Of a stretch of 31,310 bases of DNA, positions 8,619 to 19,173 are shown piece by piece. This DNA is from Campylobacterota bacterium (GTDB taxonomy: Bacteria; Campylobacterota; Campylobacteria; Campylobacterales; Sulfurovaceae): contig JAYEOM010000124.1 in NCBI GenBank assembly GCA_034722955.1, positions 1-31,310 on the forward strand, read 5' to 3'. The position numbers were made by a program, and so were the translations under genes. The notes under the pieces were generated by a model that was not told the DNA's origin, searched no databases, and was given only the letters and a program-made list of their open reading frames with translations. Each line of letters starts with the position of its first letter. Position 1 is the first letter of the stretch.

Positions 8619-9926
8619 ATGTTAAGATTTGCACCCTCACCTACAGGTGATATGCATATAGGAGATCTGCGTGTCGCTCTCTTCAACTATATCATTGCCA
8701 AACAGAAAAATGAGCAATTTATCATCCGTATAGAAGATACTGATAGAGAGCAAAATATAGAAGGCAAAGATAGTGAAATACTACAGATTATGGAGAAGTT
8801 TGCACTGCCGCATGATCGTGTTTTTCACCAGAGTGAAAATCTGCATATACATCAAACACTTGCTATCAAGCTACTCGAAGAGGGAAAGGCATTTGTCTGT
8901 ACTTGCACCACTGAAGAGTTAGAAGCAGACCGCGAGCAGACAGAAAAAGATAGAGTAGCCTATCGCTATAGCGGTCGCTGCGAATCTATGGGGCGTGATG
9001 ATCTCATCAAGCTCAAAGAGGAGAAGCAGCCTTTTGTTCTTCGTCTCAAAAAACCAGATGCCCCCATCGCAAGCAGAGATGCTATCAAAGGAGATATCAA
9101 AACAGCACCAGATGAAGTCGATAGTTTTGTGATCCTTCGTACTGATAGTACACCCACCTATAACTTCGCCTGCTCTTGTGATGATATGCTGACAAATATC
9201 GACTTTATCATACGCGGTGAAGAGCATATGAGCAGTACACCAAAACAGATACATATCAAACAGCTATTGGGATACGATAGTGACACAACTTATGCTCATC
9301 TCCCTATCATACTCAATAGCCAAGGCAAAAAGATGAGTAGAGTAGATGATGCCGGCTCCATTAAGTGGCTCTTCCAAGAGGGCTTTATCCCTGATGCTAT
9401 CATCAACTATCTCATTGGACTAGGAAACAAGACACCAACAGAGATATTTACACTACCAGATGCCTTGGAGTGGTTCGAGCTTGATAATATATCTAAGAGC
9501 CCTGCTCTCTTTGATATCGACAAATTGCGTTTTATCAATCGCCAACACTTGAAAGGGATGGGTGACAAAGAGTTATCCTCTGTCTTTGGTTTTGCAGATG
9601 CCGATATCGGAAAGCTTGCAAAAATTTATCTCGAAGAGGCTAGTACAGTCAATGAGCTGGAGAGATCAATAAAAGATATCTTTTCTGCAAAAGATTTTGG
9701 TGGAGAGTGGGGTGAGCAGATGCTTACTCTGCAGAAGATCATATTCGATGCCAAATCTTTTGATCAATACAGTGACTTTGAAAGTTATCTCCAAAAAGAG
9801 AGTGGACTTAGAGGGGAAAACTTCTCTAAACCACTTCGTATCCTACTCACTAGGAGAGATAACGGCCCCAACCTTAGTGATATCTACCCTCATATCAAAT
9901 CTTATCTTTTGGAGATCATCTCATGA
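8619..9926 (+). CDS. gltX: Glutamate--tRNA ligase, GluRS2-type second copy
   Basis: RFAPSPTG, RIEDTD, PTYNFA, IRGEEH and HLP motifs. The signature motifs read HIGD and KMSRV. Adjacent to yggT-slt as in Campylobacter. Confidence 0.9.
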   Translation: MLRFAPSPTGDMHIGDLRVALFNYIIAKQKNEQFIIRIEDTDREQNIEGKDSEILQIMEKFALPHDRVFHQSENLHIHQTLAIKLLEEGKAFVCTCTTEELEADREQTEKDRVAYRYSGRCESMGRDDLIKLKEEKQPFVLRLKKPDAPIASRDAIKGDIKTAPDEVDSFVILRTDSTPTYNFACSCDDMLTNIDFIIRGEEHMSSTPKQIHIKQLLGYDSDTTYAHLPIILNSQGKKMSRVDDAGSIKWLFQEGFIPDAIINYLIGLGNKTPTEIFTLPDALEWFELDNISKSPALFDIDKLRFINRQHLKGMGDKELSSVFGFADADIGKLAKIYLEEASTVNELERSIKDIFSAKDFGGEWGEQMLTLQKIIFDAKSFDQYSDFESYLQKESGLRGENFSKPLRILLTRRDNGPNLSDIYPHIKSYLLEIIS

Positions 9927-10210
9927 ATGCTTTTGCCTTTGCTATCGTACAGCTACTACACACTCTCATCCAAGTATATATCTGGATCATCATCATATCA
10001 GCACTTCTCAGCTTTGTCCGACCCAATCCCGACAATCCGGTCGTTCGTCAAATCCTGCAAGCGATCTATCAAATAACAGAGCCTGTTTATGACTTTGTCC
10101 GACAAAAGATGCCTTTTGTGGTCCTCTCAGGCATAGATCTCTCCCCGATAGTCATACTGCTAGCACTGCAATTTATAGATAGCTTTATGATGAGATCATT
10201 TTTTGGATAA
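9923..10210 (+). CDS. yggT: YggT family membrane protein
   Basis: LLSFV.P..NP, ITEP and GIDLSP motifs. Confidence 0.92.
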   Translation: MNAFAFAIVQLLHTLIQVYIWIIIISALLSFVRPNPDNPVVRQILQAIYQITEPVYDFVRQKMPFVVLSGIDLSPIVILLALQFIDSFMMRSFFG

Positions 10211-10213
10211 GAT

Positions 10214-11506
10214 ATGAACTATCTCTTATCTGTTACCCTAATCTTAATCTCCCTATCGGGCAGTATAGAAGCCAAGACTTTTACATATGATCAAATCCAC
10301 TCTATGCCCGTGAGCGTGGAGAAGGATTACTATATTTGGCGTTTTCTAACACAACAGAGTACTACCTCTTCTCAATCAAAATCGATCATCAAAGAGGTCA
10401 AAGAGCTCAATGAAAAATTGCGTACTGCCTATCGCAACAAAACTGGTCTCACCGCCAAAGCCTACAAGAGAAAACCTGCAAGAGAGGCAACAGAGGCTCA
10501 AAAGCAGGCATGGCGTGACAAGGTCAATGGTAAATCATTTGAATCATATTTTGATAAAGCTATAGATTTTCTCCAAAAAGGCAACAAGAAAACTGCTATA
10601 CAATACTTTGAAAAAGCAAGATTGTTATCAAAAAAACGCCACCAAGAGGATCAGGCAACTTTCTGGCTATATCAAACCACAGGTGAAAAGAGATACTTAA
10701 ATCACCTACTTAAAAGCTGGGATATCAACCTATATACACTTATAGCTAGAGATCAGATGCATATCAAATACCCTCGAACGATCACACCCAAACTTCCTAA
10801 AAAAGATCTCACTCACTATAATGAACAAAATCCTATCGATTGGGCCAATATCAAACTAAGACTCTTTGACCCTAGTACCAATCTATCTACACTAGCCAAC
10901 AACTACAAAGCAGAAGAGTCTGTTGGTGTTTATACATACATTCAAACCCAAGCTTCTCATGAAAAAAACATATACTACCCTATGCCCTACCGTAACTTAA
11001 TGGCACAACTACCCAAATCAAGACAAGCACTTATATATGCTATTGCTAGACAGGAGAGCCGTTTTGTACCTGCCTCTGTATCTCGCTCTTTTGCACTTGG
11101 AATGATGCAGATTATGCCATTTCTCGTCAAACATATCGCCAATGAACGAGGAGAGAGTATCGATCTTGATGAGATGTTTGACCCTCAAAAAGCGATCATC
11201 TATGCCAATCATCATCTCAACTATCTAAAAAGCTATCTATACAATCCACTATTTGTCGCATATGCTTACAATGGAGGAATAGGATTTACCAGACGGATGA
11301 TAGAGAAAAATAACTGCTTTAGAGCTGGGAGTTATGAGCCATATATCAGTATGGAGACGGTAAGCAACCCAGAAGCGAGGGAGTATGGCAAAAAGGTTTT
11401 AGTAAACTATGTAATCTATCTCAATAAATTGGGGATATCCACGCGGATAACTCCTTTTATACAAGAGTTAACTGATCCCTCAAGCACAGATAAGTTTCGA
11501 AGTTAA
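10214..11506 (+). CDS. slt: Soluble lytic transglycosylase (SLT domain)
   Basis: Signal peptide. IARQESRF, GMMQIMP, AYNGG and EAREYGKKV motifs. Confidence 0.9.
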   Translation: MNYLLSVTLILISLSGSIEAKTFTYDQIHSMPVSVEKDYYIWRFLTQQSTTSSQSKSIIKEVKELNEKLRTAYRNKTGLTAKAYKRKPAREATEAQKQAWRDKVNGKSFESYFDKAIDFLQKGNKKTAIQYFEKARLLSKKRHQEDQATFWLYQTTGEKRYLNHLLKSWDINLYTLIARDQMHIKYPRTITPKLPKKDLTHYNEQNPIDWANIKLRLFDPSTNLSTLANNYKAEESVGVYTYIQTQASHEKNIYYPMPYRNLMAQLPKSRQALIYAIARQESRFVPASVSRSFALGMMQIMPFLVKHIANERGESIDLDEMFDPQKAIIYANHHLNYLKSYLYNPLFVAYAYNGGIGFTRRMIEKNNCFRAGSYEPYISMETVSNPEAREYGKKVLVNYVIYLNKLGISTRITPFIQELTDPSSTDKFRS

Positions 11507-11522
11507 AGAGTAAACAAAAGGA

Positions 11523-12164
11523 TCAAAATAACTTTTTGTTATTTTGATAAAGGTATTTTGCTCTCTTGGTAAAGTTCAGTTTATACTTTGTATATGTCTG
11601 ATCTGCCTCTTCGCTCCTCTTGGGCTCTTTGCCATAGATCCTGTTTTGATAAGTGAGTTCAAATTTTTTCTTTTTGGTATGAGGAAATTCGACATAGTAG
11701 TAGCTACTCCAATTGTTTACCATCGGCATATTTTTCAACAAAGGATCACCCGGGGAGAGTTTTTTGACTGTAACAGGAGGTTTATCAACTCCCCTCTTGC
11801 GTATATCTCTTTGGGCTTTGGTAAATCTCTTATCACTTTTTGGATAACCAACATTGATAGTCAAACTCTGATCTGCATTGATCAATCCTGCAATATCAAC
11901 ATCATCAGCCTGATAAACCCCTATAATAAACTTCTCATGGACTCTATCCTCATCATCAACAATCGATGCTTCACCATTGAGATAAGAGGCTGTCAGCAGT
12001 ATCTTGACTTCACTATCTTTGGTTAGTGTAATTTTTTCTGTTTTTTGCATATGTTTGCCCAGAGGAGTCATCTGCTCAAAAGATTTTTCCAAACTCTCCT
12101 CATGTTTTAGATTGCATCCAGCAAAAAACACTGCCACCCCTAAAAAAAGTACTTCTTTGAGCAT
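11523..12164 (-). CDS. Putative lipoprotein
   Basis: FAGC lipobox at residues 14-17. Sits on the opposite strand between slt and mobB, as in Campylobacter. Confidence 0.8.
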   Translation of the reverse strand: MLKEVLFLGVAVFFAGCNLKHEESLEKSFEQMTPLGKHMQKTEKITLTKDSEVKILLTASYLNGEASIVDDEDRVHEKFIIGVYQADDVDIAGLINADQSLTINVGYPKSDKRFTKAQRDIRKRGVDKPPVTVKKLSPGDPLLKNMPMVNNWSSYYYVEFPHTKKKKFELTYQNRIYGKEPKRSEEADQTYTKYKLNFTKRAKYLYQNNKKLF

Positions 12165-12268
12165 ATGTATCCTTCTTAATTTTTATTATGATATTTATAA
12201 TAGATTTTAACATAGCTTCAATAAAATTTGATGTATAATTTATAAATTCTTATAAATGAAGGAGTAGT

Positions 12269-12766
12269 GTGAAGAAGAGATATGCTGTAGCTTTTACAGG
12301 ACCCTCCAATAGTGGCAAGACTACACTGATCCAAAAGGTAGCCAAAGAGCTGATCAGAGACTTCAGAGTAGCCATCATCAAAAATGACCCCAAAGATAAA
12401 GCACACTTTGATGTTGAAGGAAAAGATAGTTACAAATTTTCACAAATCGGTGCTGAAGTTGTTGTCACTTCACCTACACGAACAACCTATTTTTCCAAGC
12501 AGGAGAAAACCCTTGATGAGATCATCTCTATGGTTGATGATTTTGACTACCTTCTCGTAGAGGGACTTAAAACTCTTCCCCTCCCTAGAGTTGCTATTTT
12601 TCGCAATCAGATAGAAGAGAGTTATTTTGAGTGCAGTGAAGCGATAGCAATAGATAACAGTATAGAGTTAGAGAGTTACTCTATACCAAATCATATAGAT
12701 CTACTCGACCTTAACAATACCGGAGAGATCATCTCCTGGATCAAAAACAATGCAAAGGAAATATAA
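12269..12766 (+). CDS. mobB: Molybdopterin-guanine dinucleotide biosynthesis protein B
   Basis: GPSNSGKTT Walker A, D.EGKDS and LVEGLK motifs. GTG start with a GAAGGAG SD. Confidence 0.92.
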   Translation: MKKRYAVAFTGPSNSGKTTLIQKVAKELIRDFRVAIIKNDPKDKAHFDVEGKDSYKFSQIGAEVVVTSPTRTTYFSKQEKTLDEIISMVDDFDYLLVEGLKTLPLPRVAIFRNQIEESYFECSEAIAIDNSIELESYSIPNHIDLLDLNNTGEIISWIKNNAKEI

Positions 12767-13623
12767 TGCGTACACTTGAACCCATCTTTGAAGCTATAAA
12801 AAAATCAGCATTTCGTATCCACGAATCTATCACCAATGAAGATACAGACTACTCCAGTCAATCCAATCAGTCTGGTGAGATACAACTCAAACTTGATATC
12901 ATTAGCGATCTGATCATTGCGGAAGAGTTCTCCTACATCCCCCTGATCAAATCTATCGCAAGTGAAGAGAAAGAGGAGGAGGATATCCTCAACCCTGATG
13001 GTGAACTCTGTATCGCTTATGACCCGCTAGATGGATCTAGTCTGATCAATGTTGACCTCAGTGTCGGCTCTATCTTTGGGATATATGATGGAGAGTGGGA
13101 TGCTAAAAAGATGATAGCATCAGTATATGTCGTCTATGGACCACGCATAGAGATGGTCACTGCTTACAAAAACAATGTACGACACTATATCTACCGCCAC
13201 GGTAGATTTAAAGAGCTTGAGCAGATCAAGATCGGTCAAAAGGGCAACCTCAATGCACCAGGCGGAACACAGCAGTTTTGGACAGCACACCACAAGAGAC
13301 TCATAGATGGACTCTTTGCGGAGGGTTACAGACTGCGATACTCAGGTGGGATGGTGCCAGATCTTCACCAGATCCTACTCAAAGGCGGTGGTCTCTTCAG
13401 CTACCCTGGCACAACAGACAAACCAGATGGAAAATTGAGAAAACTATTTGAAGTCTTTCCTTTTGCTTACATCTATGAACTTGCCGGCGGAGAGGCTATA
13501 GATGAGACAGGAGAGCGACTGCTTGACCTTCCCTGTAGTGACCCGCATGATACAGCACCATGTTTTTTTGGCTCCAAATATGAGATCAATCGTGTAAAAG
13601 AGGCCTATGGAGATCAAGCCTAA
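12766..13623 (+). CDS. fbp: Fructose-1,6-bisphosphatase class 1
   Basis: [19 protein letters not shown] and GKLRKLFE motifs. Confidence 0.96.
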   Translation: MRTLEPIFEAIKKSAFRIHESITNEDTDYSSQSNQSGEIQLKLDIISDLIIAEEFSYIPLIKSIASEEKEEEDILNPDGELCIAYDPLDGSSLINVDLSVGSIFGIYDGEWDAKKMIASVYVVYGPRIEMVTAYKNNVRHYIYRHGRFKELEQIKIGQKGNLNAPGGTQQFWTAHHKRLIDGLFAEGYRLRYSGGMVPDLHQILLKGGGLFSYPGTTDKPDGKLRKLFEVFPFAYIYELAGGEAIDETGERLLDLPCSDPHDTAPCFFGSKYEINRVKEAYGDQA

Positions 13624-13814
13624 TGGCACTGCTAGACCAATGGGAGATCGCACTAGAGGATAAAACCAAAGAGTTGCAAAAGTGCCAACAAACCAAAAAC
13701 CTCAAGAGCTGCCTAGGCTGCAAAGAGGTCAATGAGTGTAAACTTAGAGATGCTTATGTCAAAGCTGTCTACGATAGTATGAGCAAAGGTGCAGGTGGAG
13801 GGTTTGAATTTTAA
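13623..13814 (+). CDS. Small Cys-rich conserved hypothetical protein
   Basis: C-x7-C-x2-C-x5-C and a C-terminal GGFEF. Translationally coupled to fbp. A similar gene follows fbp in Campylobacterota. Confidence 0.75.
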   Translation: MALLDQWEIALEDKTKELQKCQQTKNLKSCLGCKEVNECKLRDAYVKAVYDSMSKGAGGGFEF

Positions 13815-13898
13815 CCCGAATTATGCAATAGAGATTACTAAACTAGCATTTATCATTGCACCTAGGGTATTTGCGAGAAAATCATCGATTAGCCTTTT
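13811..13898 (+). repeat. Composite dispersed repeat: arm A (13813-13849) plus block B (13864-13898)
   Basis: Arm A matches the reverse complement of 29186-29222 at 36/37 nt. Block B matches the reverse complement of 470-504 at 34/35 nt. Confidence 0.9.
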
Positions 13899-14004
13899 AT
13901 AATATAGTAAAATTAAAAATATTTGGGTATAATAGCGGACTAATTTCTGACAACATTAAAAAATCATATATTTTTATAGTAGTTATACATCAAAGGATCT
14001 GCAC

Positions 14005-15747
14005 TTGCAAATGAAAACACACTCCAACACAAATCTGGAGAAATCTGATCTACAGCTTGCTCTTAAAGGCATGAAAAACATCTTTATCTCTCTAGGCATC
14101 TATAGCTTTTTTCTCAATATCTTGATGCTCTCAGCACCATTCTACATGTTAGTAGTTTATGATACTGTTATGCCATCACAAAATATGAATACTCTCTTTC
14201 TAGTTACCATCATAACCATCATGTTTTTCATAGGTATGTGGATACTCGATTATGTCCGTTCCAAGCTGATGATTTACGCGAGCAACAAACTTGACTTGAT
14301 CATGAATGAGCGTCTCTTCAATGCCACATTCTCTCTAGCTGCCAAGTACCCCAACAAAGCAAATATCCAACCTATACGAGACTTTGGCAGTATCAAGACA
14401 TTTCTTGGAGGACAAGGTGTCTTTGCCTTTTTTGATTTTCCTTGGTTTCCGATCTATATTGCTATTATGTTTGGCTTTGATCCGGTATTTGGCTACTATG
14501 GTTTGACAGCGACAGCTATCATATTTCTCTTGACTTGGCTCAACGAGAAGACAACCAAGAAAGGATTGGAGGAGTCCAATGAAGAGTATCGTAATGCCGT
14601 TGGTTTTTTCGAAAATAATGTTCGCAATGTAGAGGTCGTCCATGCGATGGGTATGAAGGAGAACCTACACAGAATATGGATGGAGAAGTACAACAGCTAC
14701 CTTGTGACACATACTAAAGCTAGCACTACCTCTTCGTTTTATACCAATGCATCCAAATCATTTAGAATGATGGCATCTTCGATGATGTATGGTGTGGGTG
14801 CCATGTTGGCTATAGCAGGGAGTATCTCTCCGGGTATGCTGATCGCCGGTGCTGTACTATTGGGACGGGCACTACAGCCGATCAGTCAGATCGTAGGGGG
14901 ATGGAAGAGCTTCACTACTGCAAGAATCGCTTATGACAAACTAAATCAACTTCTCATAGAGTTCCCGGCAGATACAGAGAGACTCTCTCTGCCTGATCCA
15001 GAGGGTGTTATTCGATTTGAAAATGTTGTTATAGTGCCTCCGCTAGGAAAGATACCTGTCCTAAGAGGCATAAACCTACAGATAAATCCCGGAGAGATAG
15101 TAGGTGTTATTGGACCTAGTGCATCCGGAAAGTCATCTTTTGCTAGAGCCTCTGTGGGAATATGGCAACCGGCAAATGGACATGTGCGTATCGATGGTGC
15201 TGATATCCACCAATACAACAACATAGAGTTAGGTAGACATATAGGGTATCTTCCTCAAGATATCGAACTCTTTGAGGGTACTATCGCTCATAATATCTCT
15301 AGGTTTGAAGAGGATGTTTCTGATGAGAGTATCATCGAAGCTGCCAAACTTTCAGGTACCCATGAGCTGATACTAAACCTTCCAGAGGGATATGGCACTA
15401 AAGTAGGTGCAGGCGGTATCGCTCTCTCAGGAGGTCAAAAGCAGAGGATTGGTTTGGCAAGAGCACTATATGGCAATCCTAAAATAGTCGTACTAGATGA
15501 ACCAAACTCCAACTTGGATGAAGCAGGAGAGTATGCACTCTCTATGGCTTTGAGGATTATGAAGGATAAAGGCATGACTGTCATATTTATCACTCACAAG
15601 CAAAACATACTCGCTCTTGCCGATAAACTATTGGTATTGAAAGAGGGTCTTGTCATATCTTATGATGATAGAGAGAAAGTACTAAATGCCCTATCAGGGA
15701 AAACAACAAAAAACATAGAACAGAAGAAACCAAATAATGAAAAATAA
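14005..15747 (+). CDS. Type I secretion ABC permease/ATPase (PrtD/AprD/SapD family)
   Basis: Six-TM ABC membrane domain with no C39 domain. GPSASGKS, GYLPQD, LSGGQ and LDEPNSNLD motifs. Start at TTG 14005 or ATG 14011. Confidence 0.95.
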   Translation: MQMKTHSNTNLEKSDLQLALKGMKNIFISLGIYSFFLNILMLSAPFYMLVVYDTVMPSQNMNTLFLVTIITIMFFIGMWILDYVRSKLMIYASNKLDLIMNERLFNATFSLAAKYPNKANIQPIRDFGSIKTFLGGQGVFAFFDFPWFPIYIAIMFGFDPVFGYYGLTATAIIFLLTWLNEKTTKKGLEESNEEYRNAVGFFENNVRNVEVVHAMGMKENLHRIWMEKYNSYLVTHTKASTTSSFYTNASKSFRMMASSMMYGVGAMLAIAGSISPGMLIAGAVLLGRALQPISQIVGGWKSFTTARIAYDKLNQLLIEFPADTERLSLPDPEGVIRFENVVIVPPLGKIPVLRGINLQINPGEIVGVIGPSASGKSSFARASVGIWQPANGHVRIDGADIHQYNNIELGRHIGYLPQDIELFEGTIAHNISRFEEDVSDESIIEAAKLSGTHELILNLPEGYGTKVGAGGIALSGGQKQRIGLARALYGNPKIVVLDEPNSNLDEAGEYALSMALRIMKDKGMTVIFITHKQNILALADKLLVLKEGLVISYDDREKVLNALSGKTTKNIEQKKPNNEK

Positions 15748-17098
15748 AGAGATAGAGATCGCAACCATAGATAGCAATGATCACGACAATGAGCATCATG
15801 AGACACTAGAGAAGACACATCACTCATCACGGAGACTAGGAACCATCACTATACTTCTACTCTTTGGGCTTTTTGGGCTTTGGAGTATATATGCCAATAT
15901 TGCTACAACTGTTACAGCCCAAGGCAAAGTGATTACCACCTCTTATAACAAAATAGTTACACACCCAAAAGGCGGTATCATCATAAAGTTTTATGTGGTT
16001 GAGGGAGACAGAGTCGAGAAAGATCAAAAACTTTTAGAACTTGATGGTACAGACTATAAGACACAGCTAGACTCAAGCATCAGTAATTATGACACCAATC
16101 TCCTAAATATCTGTAGACTTGATGCCCTAGCAGAACTATCAGACTCATTAGACTGCTCCTCTTTTGAGAGCAGACTATTTGACAAAGACTCCTTTGAGCA
16201 ACTCAACAGGGAGACAAACACCCTATTTAGATCTGATATAAGCAATATAAGATCAAAGATCTCTCTACTAAATAAAAAAAATGAGATCTATGCTTCACAA
16301 AACAGAGGTTTGCAACAGCAGATAAAATCCAATAAAAAACTACTAAAATCCTACCAAAATGAGTTGAAAAAGTGGGAAAAACTTCTCAAGGAGGAGGCTA
16401 TAGATGAGCTCAAAGCTATAGAGACAGAGCGAAGAATCGAGCAGGTAAAACAGCAGATCAATTCACTAGAGTCAAATATAGATGAGAACTTGGCAACAGT
16501 CGAGGCAAACAAACAACAGATAATATTAGAGGCAGAATCATTTAAAAACAAGGCTCTTACCGAACGAAATAAGCTAAAACTAAATAATGAGCAGATAAAA
16601 GGGAAGATTATAGCCCTAGAGAATGGTTTGAAAAACTCCACGATCAAAGCACCTAGTGATGGACTTGTAACTGACATGAAACTGCATGCAGATGGTGAAG
16701 TAGTCTCCCCTCATAAGCCTATCATGACTATAGTACCAGATAGCAAAGAGCTGATGCTAGAAGCTTTTGTACTACTGACTGATATTGAAAAAGTCTATGT
16801 AGGAGAGAAGGTAGATATCTCTTTTGCATCTTTTGTAGATCCCTCTGCCGTTCCTATCGAAGGGGAGATCACTTATCTATCTGCTGATGCTATCATACCA
16901 GAGGGATCAAAAGAGTCTTTTTATAAGATCTTGGTCAAAATCACACCAGATGGCCTCAAAGCACTCGAGGAGAATAAGTTTACTATACTGCCTGGTATGC
17001 CAGTCTCTCTCTTTATCCAAACAGGTGAAACTACCCTGATGAGGTACCTAATGCAACCTATTATTCAACTTAGCAAAGGAATTTTCAATGCCAACTAA
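15737..17098 (+). CDS. HlyD-family type I secretion membrane fusion protein (PrtE/SapE-like)
   Basis: Single N-terminal TM, V.EGDRV.K, long coiled coil, IKAP.DG.V and PGMP motifs. Confidence 0.95.
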   Translation: MKNKEIEIATIDSNDHDNEHHETLEKTHHSSRRLGTITILLLFGLFGLWSIYANIATTVTAQGKVITTSYNKIVTHPKGGIIIKFYVVEGDRVEKDQKLLELDGTDYKTQLDSSISNYDTNLLNICRLDALAELSDSLDCSSFESRLFDKDSFEQLNRETNTLFRSDISNIRSKISLLNKKNEIYASQNRGLQQQIKSNKKLLKSYQNELKKWEKLLKEEAIDELKAIETERRIEQVKQQINSLESNIDENLATVEANKQQIILEAESFKNKALTERNKLKLNNEQIKGKIIALENGLKNSTIKAPSDGLVTDMKLHADGEVVSPHKPIMTIVPDSKELMLEAFVLLTDIEKVYVGEKVDISFASFVDPSAVPIEGEITYLSADAIIPEGSKESFYKILVKITPDGLKALEENKFTILPGMPVSLFIQTGETTLMRYLMQPIIQLSKGIFNAN

Positions 17099-18401
17099 AA
17101 TAGTACTGATAGTTACAATTTGTCTCTCTATGCTCAATGCTAAAGAGAACTTGCTCTCTACACTCTGCCAAACAGGGATTCAAAACAATCCAAAGATAAA
17201 AAGCTTTGGGCACAAAACCTCTGCAAGCCATAGTTATTATGATCAGAGTGTCGATAGATATAAACCAAGTCTCAATATCTCTGGACAATATGGCAACCAA
17301 AACTACCATTATGAATACCCCGAACAAAATGTATACTATGGCGGTAAAACATACAACTACAACTTCACCATCAAGCAGTCTATCTACAGACAGCAGCTGA
17401 TCGAGGGTATCACAGATGCAAAAGCACGAAAAGAGCTTGCACGATTGACTGAGGAGGATGAAAAAGCGAAACTTATCACTATGATCCTCCAAAATGCTAT
17501 CAATTCAGCACGACAGAAAAAGATCATAGCTATATTGACAAAAAAACGCACTCTACTACAATCTGCATATGAAAACATAAATAAAAAATTTGAGATGCAG
17601 CTCACCTCCAGTATAGAGAAGTATCAAGCATTTGCAAGAGTCCAAGAGAGCATAAGTGAGCTTACAAAGGCTAAGCAAATTTATGAATACAACCTCTACA
17701 ATCTCAGACTATTGACCAAATATGATGATGTCGAAAAGTATATCACCTCTATAGATTTCGATACAGATGCTCTGCGTAAATCCTTTAACAAATCAAAATT
17801 TAGATCTATAAAGGAGAGTATCAACTACAATACACAGATCAAACTATATGAACAGAGTGTTGCTATTGCCAAGATACAGATAGATTTGAGAAATAGCGAG
17901 AGATCACCACAAATAGATGCTGTTTTCAGTTATGGAGATGCCGGAGGATCTATAGATGCAGTGACTAGACAAAATGAGTCACGAGCTATGCTTACTCTAA
18001 ATTTTCCTATTTTTCAGGGGGGCTATGTAGATGATAGAGTCCAAGAGTCCAAATACCTCTACTATGCTGCAAAAGAGGAGGCTGAAAATACACGACTCAA
18101 TATCAAAATCTCACTAGAAAAAACAATTTCAAATATCAAGGGTGGACTCGAAAGTGTCAAAGCAGAGCGATCTGCTGTAGATGCTTCCAAAAAATATTTT
18201 GAAGGTGCAACCAAAAGCTATATCAGTGGTGTTATAAGTCTCACAGATGTCTACTTGGCTGAAGCGGAGTTTAGAGACAACCAACTGAGACTAGTCAATA
18301 CCGAGGCAGATATGTTTAACTCTCTTATAGAAGCTTACTATTACACCGGAAAAACGGACTACAGATATATCAAAGAGTTACAAAATAAATATTTAAGATA
18401 A
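17088..18401 (+). CDS. TolC-family outer-membrane channel (PrtF/SapF-like)
   Basis: Signal peptide, NNP.I, two OEP repeats and PIFQGG. Confidence 0.9.
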   Translation: MPTKIVLIVTICLSMLNAKENLLSTLCQTGIQNNPKIKSFGHKTSASHSYYDQSVDRYKPSLNISGQYGNQNYHYEYPEQNVYYGGKTYNYNFTIKQSIYRQQLIEGITDAKARKELARLTEEDEKAKLITMILQNAINSARQKKIIAILTKKRTLLQSAYENINKKFEMQLTSSIEKYQAFARVQESISELTKAKQIYEYNLYNLRLLTKYDDVEKYITSIDFDTDALRKSFNKSKFRSIKESINYNTQIKLYEQSVAIAKIQIDLRNSERSPQIDAVFSYGDAGGSIDAVTRQNESRAMLTLNFPIFQGGYVDDRVQESKYLYYAAKEEAENTRLNIKISLEKTISNIKGGLESVKAERSAVDASKKYFEGATKSYISGVISLTDVYLAEAEFRDNQLRLVNTEADMFNSLIEAYYYTGKTDYRYIKELQNKYLR

Positions 18402-18413
18402 AGGATCAATCCA

Positions 18414-19094
18414 ATGTATAAAAATGTCAAAATTCTTCAACCAAAAGAGCATGGATTTTATCGCTATTCTCCTCCACAAGATTACTATTTTGCCAAAGAT
18501 GCCAACCTCATACCTATTACTTTCAGTGAAGTAAAATCACTCTGCTGTAGCTATCCTATCATAATCATAGAGCAAGATGACAAACCTATGCTTATGCTTA
18601 TGACTGGTATAGAGCACAATAACGCTGTAGATGAAAAAGGAGAGTGGAGCTGTGACTATCTGCCAGCTTTTTTAAGAAGATACCCATTTACTCTTGTAGG
18701 TGATGAGAGCAGTGATACACTACAGCTAGGTTTTGATCTGGAGAGCGGATGCTTTACCTCTCCCAATGGTGATACACTTTTTGATACAGATGGCGAACCA
18801 TCAGAGGCACTCATCAATGCCAAGAAGCTACTAGAGGCGTACAATAGTGAAATCCAAATAACCAATAATATCTTGAAGAGACTAAAAGAGAAAGAGTTGC
18901 TTCAACCTTCTCAATTCACCTTCAAGAGAGATGGCGAAGAGGATCAAAAGATAGGTGGATTTTCCATTATAGACAAGAAGAGACTGTTTGAACAGGATGA
19001 TGAATCTCTTTTGGATACGATAAAAAATGGATGGATGGAGATAATAGAACTCCACCTCTTATCTCTCAATAGATCCTATAAGCTACAATCATAG
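18414..19094 (+). CDS. sapC: SapC family protein
   Basis: IPITFSE...YPI and YLPAFLRRYPF signatures. Adjacent to T1SS genes. Confidence 0.88.
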   Translation: MYKNVKILQPKEHGFYRYSPPQDYYFAKDANLIPITFSEVKSLCCSYPIIIIEQDDKPMLMLMTGIEHNNAVDEKGEWSCDYLPAFLRRYPFTLVGDESSDTLQLGFDLESGCFTSPNGDTLFDTDGEPSEALINAKKLLEAYNSEIQITNNILKRLKEKELLQPSQFTFKRDGEEDQKIGGFSIIDKKRLFEQDDESLLDTIKNGWMEIIELHLLSLNRSYKLQS

Positions 19095-19173
19095 ATGGTA
19101 AAAGTTAAGACCACCCCAACTTGATAATCTCTATGTGATGATCAGACAAAAAAATGAGAGAGACTATCAAAGG

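Noticed and set aside
13811..13898. Repeats as a CRISPR array
   Set aside because: The copies are dispersed, with no regular repeat-spacer structure and no cas genes.
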